64,000 nucleotides of DNA. Source: Stylophora pistillata (lineage: Eukaryota). The notes beneath the pieces were generated by a model that had not been told where the DNA came from, ran no database searches, and saw only the letters and a program-made list of their open reading frames with translations. Shown one piece after another: positions 26,638 through 39,163 of this stretch (its first letter is position 1; each line of letters opens with the position of its first letter). The stretch spans positions 462,560 to 526,559 of the forward strand of contig NW_019217967.1 in assembly GCF_002571385.2 (NCBI RefSeq), read 5' to 3'. Made by a program: the position numbers and the translations under genes.

Positions 26638-29600
26638 TCACGCCTGTTGGCTATGTTCATTATTATTGTTATTATCAGCATGTTTTAGCGCTCTGTTAAA
26701 CGTCCTTTCCCTATGGTGTAACCCTTGCTGACCCTGGATTGGTTTGACCCGTTGTGTGTCCTGCCCCTGTGGTTTTTGTTGTTGTTGTTGTTCGAATGAT
26801 TCTATGTTGTCGCTCTCTTGATCTTCGTCGGCATCATCAGGATCTTTCTCTGTGTCTTGTTCAGTATTGGCATCCTCGTCATCATCATCAGCTAAAGAAA
26901 TAGAAATCCTTTCAGACTGAATGATAACTCTAACAAACCTCTTCTGTGTTCATTATTACAGTGCTCACAAATAACACAATTTAAACTGTTTTAGAATTCA
27001 TCGTGGTGGGTTAGTGGACAGTGTGACAAGTCCAGGCCCTAGTCCTGCCCGCGTCATGTGTTCTTGGGAAAAAAGACACACCCGTCACAGCGCCTCTGTT
27101 CACCAAGAGTATGCTAGGTACCGGGAAACTGTTCGGAAAACCTGACCCAATATTAGGGGTTTCTCCGCGAAGGACCGGTAGCTGGCAAGGAAGGGAGGGG
27201 TGACGAAGGGGCAACAACGTTCTTCATCCCTTAGTGTCAATTTATCCAGATGTGCGTCGACATTTCGACAAACTCACACTTAAATTTAATGAAAACAAAA
27301 GATAATAGCAATGCTCCTCTTAAGACTAACATTTTTTTCTTACAAAATAAAAACAGACCCTGTTTCGGAAACGTAATAGCCTAGCAACCCTTCAGAAAAC
27401 AGCAATCATGTAGGAAACTCTTGAGGGTTACTTGGAAAATGTAGGTCTTGCATTCCAAAGCAACATTGACTCAAATTCTCAGACAAATTTTGTATCTAAT
27501 CAAACTCTACCAATGAGAGGACACTTCGTGTCACAGCACCCCTAAAAAAGAAGTAAAACACGACTTTGTGTACGAACCATCAGACCGAACTCTATGCCCC
27601 TGAACTGTGTCTTGTCTCGGTAAATTGACTGGGATGGCAGTCAACTCAATGTGTGTTGGTGATTCTCTTGCTTCATAATGCTTGTTTCGTTGAAAAGAGA
27701 GTTCCCCAACCTGTTGTTGAATTTTTTGTACTTGTTGTACTAGTTCTTGTTGATCTTCCCGATCCTGATTTTGTTGATGCATTTTCTTTTTATTGAAGTC
27801 TTCTTGCATTCCAGCCACTTGTTCATTTATTTTTTTTCGTGACAATTCATTGTCCTGACCATCTCGTTCCTGGGCCTCTTCTTCATTCCGTTTGTTGCTC
27901 TGTTCCTCGCCATACTGGGCACGCGCTCTCCTTGCCTCGTCACCTTGGTGTCCCTGTTCGTTTTGTTCACCATCTTTGTCTCCCAGCTGAGCTACGCCTT
28001 TGCGTTCATTTGCCATCTCTCTCTCGCCAGGTTGTTTCTGAACATCATTTGGCTCATTCTTGTTCTGTTCTCGGAAGGTTTCTGCATCATCAACTGATCT
28101 CTTGTTTCTCTCTCCTACATTTACCTCCTCACCTTCTTCCTCTATGCCTTCTTCGTTGCCTTCTCTTCCTTCCTGATTGGCTCTCTGACTATCTCGCTCG
28201 GACTGTCGAGAGATTCAAAAGTCGTATTCAAATTCAACGTAAAAAAATAAAGGACATTAGCACAACAAGGTTACGACTTATAAGAAACGCGTTGTAAGCA
28301 TATTTGCAGATGAAACAATTGTGCAAAAAAATATGCCCAAGAAATTAACATAAAACCATGAGAGTAAATTTTTAAAAATAACTTAACAGTCTTCGCTAAG
28401 TTTACTAAATCTTTTGGAAGTCTGAAATTGAAATTTTCGAGATTTTCCTTGACTACGTCACAAGCCAAATATATTCCCCGGATCTTCTTCAAAATTCCCT
28501 GGCTTTTGAACACTAGAAGGGTATCTCTAACGGCATAAGAATCGTTTGAAATATTTCAAGAAATAAAATTTTAAGTTAAAGCCTGAAAATTATGTGTGTA
28601 TTTCCATTCGTTAGCACTTACCTTTATAATACTATCCCATCTATTCACTGATTTATCTGTAGCAGAGACAAAATCGACACCACGTTTTTTATTTTCGTCC
28701 CCTGTGTCTTCGTCACTGTCTCTCAAAGGAACATCATTGCGGACCTGGTCACTCTCACTAGGGGAGTCTTCAGTTCTTCTGCTGTCTTCCCTTCTTAACT
28801 GAATATTGTCCTGTTCTTGATTCTCATCGGTGGGTCTCCTTCGTTCTTCCTCGTCAGAATCTTTAAAAACATGAAAACCGAGCTTAACGTTTACACTCTT
28901 TGTACAATTCAGCATACCGATATAACCTCAAATGGAAGCACGCAACAAGCCAAGCTCAAATAGGAAGAAAAGATAAACATTATGAGTCCATACACTTTAA
29001 GTGAATTATTCCAACAGAGAACAGTGCATTTCCTACAAACTACAATTTATCTCTCAGAAAAGTGATTAATCTTTTTGCTACTGTCATTACTGAAATGTGT
29101 GGCTGGTATGGAAGTCTCACGACGATGGCGATCCATGACTGTGCGTTCCTCAGTCTGTCTGCTCTCCATTCCAGGGGAACCTGTTTGACTTCAACAATAG
29201 AAAATAGTGTTAGCAAGTGAAAAATGGTTCTCTGATAAAAATCACCATCAGTTCTATAGATACGAAAAATGTCTTCTTTACGCTATCAAGTCGTTAGGGT
29301 AATACATCAATTATTTTTCCACTTATCTACTTTAAGATTCAGTGATTCTCATTGATGGCATTATACAAGAGTGAAATTGCGCCACATACTTGGCTTTTTC
29401 CACACCCATTTTTTCTTGGTCTCCCTGGGTTAATACTCCTGACTTAAAAGAGTTACGTAAATCGCCACCTACAAAATGCCAAGAAAAAAAACTTCAGCAT
29501 CACCAGCTTACCTTTAAAACCCTGTTAGTAAGGTTCCTAAAATTTCGAGCTTTTCTTAAACAACTGCTTTCTTCACTATGTTACTTTCTACTGTCGACAT

Positions 29601-32600
29601 AACAGGCAAAACTTTTTCTCAGCCTTTTTCTCAAGGGGGGGGGAGTGGTGCAATAATTGGAGAGGAAAGGGAGGTACATCTATCAATATGGAAAGTGGGG
29701 AAAGCTTATTATCAAGAAGAAGTAAGATTACTCATGTTTTAAAAGTAGAGATTTAGAGTAAAATGCAATAATGTGGTAGAGATACTAATCGTCTTACCTT
29801 GCTTAATCGTACCTGGTGTTTTATCGTTTTTAAGTTTGTCCTCACCAACGGTTTTATAACTTCTTTGCTGAGCTTTTTCAAGTCTTTCCTATGATTTCAG
29901 AGATCCAAAAAAACGTAATACCTCAACATCCATTCTATAATCACCAGCAGTCCACTCAATATGAAAAAACAATACTAACAACTCAAGCTATTACAGTAGG
30001 TGTGTTTAGACTAGCTGTTTCACATTTGGGTTAAGTGGCAAGAATAGTTCTAACTATAGTTTGGTGATGAGCTTTAGTCCCAAGATGTTTTACGAGAATT
30101 TTCAGAGAAGGCTCATTTAGAGCTAAAATTTTGGTTGTGAAGGATTCAGATCCATAATTTATCAAGACATAAGCTGGGTAATCCAGTTTATCAAGACATA
30201 AGCTGGGTAAACCAGTTTCATTGCTGTTGAGAAGAAGAATGTCTGTACTTGTTTAAGCTGCTTTCTTGAAGGAAACTAACCTTGTAGGATGCAAGTTCTT
30301 CTTCCAGAGTGCTAATTGTTTCCTGGTATTGCTTACTTCTTTTCAATTCTTGAGAGCTGGACAACTACAAGAAATAGACAATAGAAAGATTAACCAGCTG
30401 GTAATACACTGCTAATTTTCATTATTTGACCCATCAGATTCAGATACACATTTTTTTCTGGTTTCCAACTAATGAAAGGGATAATCCTTTTAAATAATTT
30501 CCATAGCTTAAGGACCAACAAGCAATGAGCCATATAATTTATTTAGAAATAATTATTATTGAATATGCATCATTTCTTAATCAGTTAATTTTGTGAAACC
30601 TACATGACTGTAGGACTGTTACAAACTTGACATTATCTGTATTCATTTCCCAACTTGCTCTTGGTCCATTATATTTTATTAAATCATTCTAACAAAGAAA
30701 AATGAGCAAACCTTGTGACGGTCAAGTTCCTCTCCTCTTGTCTTAAGATGCGTTCTTAATGCCACAACCTGTTTCTTCAGTGTTTTGATTTCCTCTACAT
30801 GTCACAAAACATAATCATAGTGACCTTTTGGTCCTACATTTACATGTAAGGTAAAGTCTGTTTACAAGCCTAGTGGCCCATTAGGCCAGTGCTTAACTCC
30901 GGTTTCTGTAGCAAGAAGCGACTAGGAGTATTTCTACTCCCCCCTGGATGGGATGCCAGTCCATCCCAGTTACCCCCAGCATTAACTTTCCGGTACCCAT
31001 TTAAACACCTGGGTGGAGAGAGGCACTGTGAGAGTAAAGTGTCTTACCTAAGAGCACAACACAATGTCCCGGCTGAGGCTCGAACCCGGACCACTCGATC
31101 CGGAGTCGAGCACACTAACCATGAGGCCACTGCGCCTCCACATTTACATGTACATCTTGTAATTATCCTTTTTTTTCTTACAATAGCTTTGCTTAAGCTA
31201 ACCAGTCAATTTACTCATATCTCATTTTAATCCAAAGGCCACTTTGCTGTAGACTTTGTCACAAATGATATAAATACCTACAATACCATAAATGAACAAA
31301 GAGATGTTTTTAATAATTGAGATATGTGCAAAGTTAATCTTTTTGCAGCATTGATTATAAGCAAATTCATATGCCAACAGGGGCCACCATAAAAAATCAA
31401 AGCTGGGTGACTGGTGTGTTATTAGAAATAGAGCTGCACCTGATGGATCTCCAGCCCAGCACATTAAAAAAAAAACCAGCAAAACAGGCCCAGTGAGAGA
31501 ACAAGCAACATTACCATCAAGTGATGCTATCTCATTTGCCTTCTGTTCTTTGAAAATCTGAAAGTTCCTCTTTTGTTGGTTATTGAGAGTGCTGTGCTCT
31601 GAACTGAGACGAAAGTACTGTTGTTGGAGACGATTATATTCTGTATCAAGCTCCTTATTCTGGGCCTGAAAATTTATCATAAATTTCATATAAAAGAATT
31701 TACAGTAAGTTATTAAGTATAAGAAATCAGTGCAGAAAGCTTAATACATTGATCACAATTAAAATGCAGAGAAACATCTGACTCCAGGAGCAAAAATAAT
31801 GCATGCTTGAAAATTATCTGATGTTGTGTTGTTTTCCTTTGTCTCGTGATTAATTTTATAAAAAAATTCACTACCAATGTGGAATGCAATGTTTGAACCT
31901 CATACTGCAGCAGAGTCTTTGGTTGACTGATCATGTATCTCCTACTGGAGCATTATATTCTGCTGTCATTGGTTGATTCACAACAGCTCTGATGAGCACA
32001 ATTGACTGATGTGTTCCTGAAGGATTTCTCCCAGAAACATAGACCCCAGGATATCAGGAAACACAACACCGGTAGAGCCATATGACAGCCTCAGATAGCT
32101 GAGGGAACACATGGTTGAAATATGCCAACTATGCTGTGCAAACCAACTAATTACAGTGGAGCATAATGTTTACCAGACAAACTAATATGAAAGTCAACCT
32201 TGATTACATGTAGCTAATCACCTTAAGATCACTAGCATGTACAGTCTAAACACTGCAGTGACTAAATCTTGACACATTACCGATAACACTCTATTACTAC
32301 ATTGTACTTCATGTTTACAATAGAATGACTGATCACAATCCAAACACTGTAAAGTTACTGTATCTTTTACCAACCTTCAGCATGTTGTATGAAGTCTCTA
32401 AAGAATTGAACCTGTTTCTGTTTTCATGCTGCAATCCAACAATAGTATCAACAAAGTCTTTTGTTTCACAAAGATACTGGCTAAAATTAAAATTTTCAAA
32501 TTCAGTAACAATTCATTTAAATCACCTTGGATCTGGTTACGTTCAAAATAAACTCCTTTTGCTTTTTAGAAAACTCTGCAAATGGAAAATCAAATGGTAC

Positions 32601-35600
32601 TATTAAACTTTTCAAGAAAGAATATGCATAGAAATAAGCAAACAAAGTAGAGAAAGACACTTTATCTCTCATACTGAGAAACACTATTCATCATCATGAT
32701 TAATAATTTATGACCCAAACCTAGCTTGGAATTCTTGTGATCAGCCTTTTCTTTTTGTAGTGATCTTTCCAGCCGAGCTCGATGTTCATAAACAACTACA
32801 ACAAATAAAAGGTTGTAAATGATATGCAACGAAATGTGCGTTATGCTATTACTATGCAATCTAGTGGGAAATCATCTTATTTTTTTCAGATTATTATCAT
32901 CACCATTTTGTGAACAGAATTTTGCCTCTTTCTTCATTTTTACTTATACTGAAAATAGGTAATAAAAATTGACAGAAGTATTCACTTAGCTAAACAGAGG
33001 ATATCACATGGCTGCGCATGGATACAAATTTTCTCCTCAAGTTACCATGACAACATGTTTACCTTTGCCTTGAAAAATATACTTGGTAAACTCCAGCATG
33101 CAGTGAATATATCATGTTCTTGAAACACTAGGAATTTTGATATTTACAGGGCTTGACACCAACTTTTCAACTTACTAGCCAAGTGACTAGTGACAAGTTA
33201 GATGTTACAGCAATTTCAGTTAGTTTAATAGCCAAACTGGCTGGTGGAAATCAAAAAACATTCGCCAAAACTCAGTCTCTACTAGTCTGTGGTTAAGGTG
33301 GCTACCATTAGTGTCAAGCCCTGATTTAATCAATAATTATCTTTAAAATGGAGGACACTAAAAAAAACAACAAATTCTCTTCACTGAGTTTCGAGGAGTT
33401 GTTAAGCAGCTAGAAGGAAGCAGCTGGAAGGAAGAATCCCTAATCACTGATCTTAAAGTGCCCCTGAGACAAAAATTGACCATTTTATTTCGGCCTAAAT
33501 TACTTACACAATGTTGAATTGGGTCAAGTAAAGACCCTTTTTGCCATTAAAAACTCAAAACAAACCTTCAATGACCAATTTTTACTGCTTCAAAGTCATC
33601 CAAAAATCGTCCGCCATTGCTGAAAACATGTTCCAGCTGAGCCCGCAAAAACGTCATCATGACGTCAAAGGCTCAACAAACTTATGCCATATGCCAAAAC
33701 CATTTCTAAGCCATCAATGTGTTTTCCCTGATGCATTTGGTCAATGATCTCATTAACCTTTTCCTATGTGTTTTTTACTATTGGTGCTTTGAGATGTTTG
33801 AAGTGAACTCTGTTGTTAAGTTGCACTTTAGCTTCTTTTGTTTTTTCTATCTTATTCATGATGACTATTGTTGTGTTGATTCGGTGAGGTTTAAAGCAGA
33901 GTTTGTTTCAACTCTTTTAGAGCTGTGACCTCATTGCGTTACAAAGTATTTTTTGGCTTAGATACAGTCTGCAAGTAGCATTATGACAATTTTCCAAGTA
34001 GCTCTGAAGGGCGATAGAAGACTGAACCGGTGGCATTCAGTTTGATATGAAACAGAAGTGGTTCTTTGTTTTGTCTGTGAAAGGTGTAACGGAGGTGCAT
34101 TCATCTGGCGAATAAATCTCGCAAAAGTTGGCCTGATTTTAAATTCGTTTGTCATGGGCACTGGGATGAATTTGAGACCCTTTGATAGCTGACTTAGCTG
34201 TTAGATGGTTGATAGTTTGACAGGTGTTCAAAGAAATTTTCATTTTCTCAGTTTTTTGGCTGCAACCCTTCATTTTAAAGTGTTTTTACACTCTGTGTCT
34301 TAAGCTGTTTGTTCTGCTTTTGCTGATATTAAGGCCAGCTTTTTTTTAGAATCAGAGCACACAATTATACTTTTCATCTCTTTTGTATGAAAGTGAGCTC
34401 TTTGAGGTCAGAAATCTCAATCCTCAATTCGGCTATTTTATCATTCTCATTTACAATGTTCACCAAGTACTTTCCTTTACGTAAAGTATTCTGCCAGAGA
34501 GTTGTTAAAGGTGGATATTGATGAGCTCATATGTAAAGGTGAAAAAATCCGTAGAGATTGCACTGAGGACGATTTTCCTTGTTCCTTCTCTTCTTGAACG
34601 GTAGGCGCTGAACCCGACAGAATTCCTCAGCTAGATCCTTCAAAGTACACAGATCTCTCGAAAAAGTCCTCCAAGAAGTGTTTGGAGTAGATCACAAATA
34701 TTTCTGTAGGCTTGAAGTTTACTCGGCAAGGTCGCACAAAGTGCATCCGTTTTTCCCGCTCTGATCTATTTGCAAGGCTTCGATGCAGAGAAATACCTGC
34801 AGCATGGTCTGCACGATTACTTCAGCTTTGAATTTTGCATCGATGCCCAGTCATTTCTGTTTAGTTTTTGTAAGAATGAAGTAAAGCACTCTATCATGTT
34901 TGCTTGACATTTTGCCATGTGAGATTTTCGCGTTGAGCCTTTGACGTCACTTCCCTTGAGTCCTGTGATCAACTTCCAGAACATGATCAAATAATGACGA
35001 ACACGAAATCATGAATTTAACGGCCCGAAAAAAGATATTTCTGGTGCTCGGTCAAAACTGAAATTTGGCAGAGTATGTGAAGGAGACACATTGAACACGA
35101 AAATGGAAAAAAAATGATGTACAAAAATTTTGATCTCAGGAGCACTTTAAGAGCCAAAGGGTTAACTCTGTGACCACAAGATGCTCAACAAATGGTTCAC
35201 ACATTTAATGCTTTATTATTTCAATCATTAAATGCACTTTTTGATCCACAGAGTAGCTTTCCACATGGCAAAGATGAACTGAATCATATTCAAGCTAGAT
35301 GTGTTACTAAAGATAGAGGAATATTGACTTTTAATTAAAATTATCAGACTAAGACCGATAAGTTGGCACATGAAGCAGAAAGGGTGGGACTGAAAGTCAG
35401 TGTAGGCAAATGTAAATTAATGCAAATAAATTCAAGGAGCAACAATGTGGTGGAGGTGTATGGACGAGGAATAGAAGATATTGATAGATTTGTGTATTTG
35501 GGAGCTACAGTTTCCAAAGAGGGTGGAGGCACTGAAGAAATCCACAACAGAGTAGCCAAAGCGAGAGGGGTATTCGTAAGATTGACAAAGATATAGAGTA

Positions 35601-36671
35601 GTAACAGCATTAGTCCACGAACCAAAATCAGGCTGTATAAGACACTAGCAAAGCCAGTCCTAATGTATGGCTGTGAGGCATGGAAAATGAACAAAAGTGA
35701 TGAGAACAAAATCGATGTCTTCCAAAGCAGATGTCTCAGACAGATAATTAAGATACACTGGCAGCAAAGAATTACAAACAAACAAGTCCTGAAGATGGCT
35801 GGGATGGAAAACCTAAGTGAGGATGTGCGAAGGAGACGATGGAAATTTATCGGCCACATCATGAGGAAAGAACCAAATAATGACTGCAGAACTGCATTAA
35901 CCTGGACCCCAGAAGGGCGGCGAAAACAGGGCAGACCAAAGACAACATGGAGGAAGACAGCAGAGAGAAAAAGGAAAAAAACTGGATGGAAGAACTGGAG
36001 TGAGGTACAAATCGCAGCAGCTGACAGAGCTGGTTGGCGGGATTGTGTTGAGGCTTTACGGGCCACATGGCATGAAGAAGATAGGTGAAGGTGAATTAAA
36101 ATTATTTCTAATACAAATATGACAATAAGCATTCACTTAGATGTCACTAACTCACAATACGTTAAATGCTGGTGTTCTACTATAACAGCAACAGGTCCAT
36201 CATAATAAATTAGCATAAACTGAAAAAAGAAAAACTTAACAAAAAGTATGGAAATCTAATTCAATGAAACACACAGGTGAGCTTGCTCTCCATTTCTACC
36301 AGCCGTACACAGAAACATCCCAAATTCTGCATTAATCAAAAAATTAACAAAGATATCTACTTTAAACCAATAGGTGTAAGATCGGCCTTTGCATTGTGTC
36401 GTACTGAGTATGTCCTTCACGAGGATGATAACAATATCACTAACACCTAAAAAACAACATTACAAAAATACAGATCTCTATTTTGCTATCAAATACCTTG
36501 AAGCTGGGATGAGAACGACTCCTGTTTCTGGAGATACCTATTCGCTTCTGATTTCGAGATCTCTAAGTCTACGGAAACAGTGTTGTACAAGTAGCTTGTG
36601 TACCCAAGGCCACCTAGAAGAGCTAAAAATACAGCTCCTTGAAAAATTGGTTTGTTTCTCCTGTTACACAT
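26638..36671 (-). CDS. GOLIM4: Golgi integral membrane protein 4-like (GPP130): type II membrane protein with coiled-coil stem and acidic low-complexity tail
   Basis: Exon 1 MCNRRNKPIFQGAVFLALLGGLGYTSYLYN..QKQESFSSQLQ joins VVYEHRARLERSLQKEKADHK (about 32720-32796), matching the GOLIM4 motif QESLSAQLQVVYEHRSRLEKSLQKE as I recall it. Further coiled-coil and D/E/Q-rich exons at about 31515-31665, 30712-30794, 28622-28861, 27589-28202 and 26638-26891 (TGA). Confidence 0.88.
30849..31139 (-). mobile_element. Full-length tRNA-derived SINE
   Basis: Minus-strand head ggaggcgcagtggcctcatggttagtgtgctcgactccggatcgagtggtccgggttcgagcc has A and B boxes. 13-bp target-site duplication acatttacatgta at 30836-30848 and 31140-31152. 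Confidence 0.85.
33147..33323. mobile_element. hAT-like MITE
   Basis: TIRs cagggcttgacac / gtgtcaagccctg; no clean TSD. Confidence 0.55.
33457..35146 (-). mobile_element. Kolobok-like non-autonomous DNA transposon with pseudogenised THAP domain
   Basis: TTAA on both sides; TIRs AGTGCCCCTGAGA / TCTCAGGAGCACT. Minus strand from 34854 reads MTGHRCKIQS*SNRADHAAGISLHRSL..RMHFV..FKPTEIFVIYSKHFLEDFF, a degenerate THAP. Confidence 0.7.
35345..36093 (+). mobile_element. 5'-truncated RTE-clade LINE (RT C-terminal fragment, in-frame stop)
   Basis: FVYLGATVS..RVAKARGVF..LTKI* (stop at 35594)..TKIRLYKT..VLMYGCEAW..RRRWKFIGHIMR..GRPKTTW. 12-bp TSD aattaaaattat at 35333-35344 and 36094-36105; short aggtga-type tail. 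Confidence 0.9.
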
Positions 36672-38548
36672 CTCGTAACGATCGACGGTTAGCAAGCAGT
36701 CTGAATTAGATGGGACTTCAAATAGTCTCTCGCCTCCATTGATCCGTGCAGAAAATGTTCAAAACATTTCCAACTTGAATGCCACTCACTGGGTTTACAT
36801 CGAGTTAGAACGTATGCGACGTGGAGAACACAAATATGGCCACCAGCCTCTCTTTCAGGAGTCCGAGCCCGCCGTGCAGAACAGCGGATTTTCAGGAATG
36901 ACCCGCGACAACCGCGGCGCGCGACCATGGCAAAGGGTTTAAACGTGACACGTGATTAATACCAAAGCGAACTATCGCGAGACGTGATTTGCCTCCTGAA
37001 ATACACGTGACTCTTGAATAGTTTCTAACATTTCCGAAAAACTTGAAGATTATAATTTCTTTTTAATTCGTGACGCTTGAAATGCTGTGGTATACGTCAC
37101 GCGAGAATTTTTCGAATTCGTTCATAAAACCCGGTTTTATGAACCCCCCCCCCCCAACAATTTTTTCCCTAAGGCTGTCTGTTCTCCTTCGTGACGCAAG
37201 TTCTGTTCGTTCGAAGGTTCCCTATAAACCTATCTTGATTCAAACGTTATTGAAATCCTTCCATTTTTACTCAAACCTTAAAAGATGATTATTTGATTGG
37301 TTCTTAGTATTGGAGGACAGACTTATGTGCGGAACAGGTTGTCGAAACGTCAGTCACCACCACCGACAACAGTCCTTCTCAGGACTACACTCACCCGGAC
37401 GATCACACTACACTTTCACATGTTACCCCCGGATTCAATCCCTTCACTGGAAAACTATATTGACTGCATGTGTTTTCTTTTTCAAAGACATTTCCCAAAA
37501 TTTGTTATATTAATTGGAACTATGGGGTAATAGCGAATACGTTCACTGCCTATGTTTTCACGATGGATTTCTTTTCCTTTTAGCCGTAATTAAAGAAGAA
37601 AACTGTGGCGCCTAATTTTACAATTTTACAATAAGTTTTACCAATCTCTAGCTTCGAGTATGTAGTTTATAGGATAGCTTCCTTTCATGATCCCTTCATT
37701 ATTTAACAAAACCACAAACTCAGGTTTTGATGAGTAGACAAACAAAGGGGATGTCAATCTCATTTGAGAGAATCGATATTGAGACAGGTTGACTATGGAG
37801 CACTCTGTCTTCTTTTTATATCCTCAACCTACATCATGAGTTATAAGCTTTAACTCAACTGGAAAAAAAGCTGTCAAGATGGAGAGAAGAGAGAATGCCG
37901 ATTTTTGAAAACTTGTAACGTTAGCCAAAGAAAACTTATTTTGATTTGTATTTTCAGTATGTAATTAGTTTTAAAGATTATTGTTTGCCAGTGTTTGCAA
38001 TGTCTCCAGAGAAATGAGCAGACTGAACAATGAAGAACCTGTGTGAGATTCAATTCTTTTGTTCTTTCTCGTTAAGATGTTATATTCATTATATTAACTC
38101 CTCCCAAGTATTGAAATAGAATGAAGAAGGAGGCGTAGGTGCTAATTACAAATAATCACCTTATGGCAGAAACGCAACATTAAAGAATCATTTTTAAGGG
38201 ACACATTGATCGGTGTACGTGGATTTTATTTATATTACCACTTTTCTTGGAATCCTTGGGGGAAAATTTAGTCCAGCGAAATTTGAGTCTCATATGAAAC
38301 TGACTCATTTTAAATTCACTGCAACATACCGTGTTGAGCACTTTGTTTACCTAGGCATTTATCGTTCTCCAGATATAACTGTGTAATTAATGAATTACGT
38401 AAAACAGGCGTGTTTCAAGCCAATATCACAATTTGTTCACTCGTGCTATTAACATTTGTTTCTAAGTGTGGTGCTTAAGAAGTCGCACAACGTCAGTCTA
38501 TGCGGCCTTTCACCAACCCACAGTTACAGTACATTCTCGACAGTAAAT

Positions 38549-39163
38549 ATGACATCTCAGAATCTTTATCTTCCAAGTGTCTCCACTCTTCCAGCGTTCA
38601 CTCACTCGTTTTATCATTACGGATACTTCAACCCAGACATGTCCACCTCTCTTTACGGAAATGGCTCCAGTACATGGTCAAGTTATGAGAGTCCATATAA
38701 CCACCAAAGATTTCAAGGCATCCCCTACCAACCCGCAGATGAAGAAAAACCAACTCAGTCATATATTGGTCTGATTGGAAAAGCAATTTTAAGCTCCCCT
38801 CAGCAGAAACTTGTTCTTGGTGATATCTACAACCACATTCTAACAAATTACCCTTACTTCAGGAATAGAGGAACTGGATGGCGTAACTCCATACGCCACA
38901 ACTTATCGTTCAATGATTGCTTTGTTAAACTGGGTCGGTCTCTAAACGGCAATGGACACTTCTGGGCAATCAATCCTCTAAACTATGAGGACTTCAGTCG
39001 GGGAGAGTACAAACGTAAAAGAGCCACAAGAAGAAACCGAGAGAGAAACGAGACTGAGATAAGGACAATAGAAATTTTGAGAAAATGTCCAGCTTCTCTA
39101 AGGAAGGCTAAAAGTTCTACACAAAATAGAGGTTTTCACATCGACACACTTCTATCCAAGTAA
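38549..39163 (+). CDS. FOXQ2: Forkhead box Q2 paralogue A (intronless)
   Basis: Forkhead KPTQSYIGLIGKAILSSPQQKLVLGDIY..WRNSIRHNLSFNDCFVK..HFWAINPLNYEDFSRGEYKRKRA; C-terminal eh1-like FHIDTLL; first in-frame ATG at 38549. Confidence 0.85.
   Translation: MTSQNLYLPSVSTLPAFTHSFYHYGYFNPDMSTSLYGNGSSTWSSYESPYNHQRFQGIPYQPADEEKPTQSYIGLIGKAILSSPQQKLVLGDIYNHILTNYPYFRNRGTGWRNSIRHNLSFNDCFVKLGRSLNGNGHFWAINPLNYEDFSRGEYKRKRATRRNRERNETEIRTIEILRKCPASLRKAKSSTQNRGFHIDTLLSK

Noticed and set aside
27839-28297. 152-aa Leu/His-rich plus-strand ORF
   Set aside because: Antisense to a purine-rich GOLIM4 exon.
35344-36132. 262-aa minus-strand ORF
   Set aside because: Antisense shadow of the RTE reverse-transcriptase fragment.
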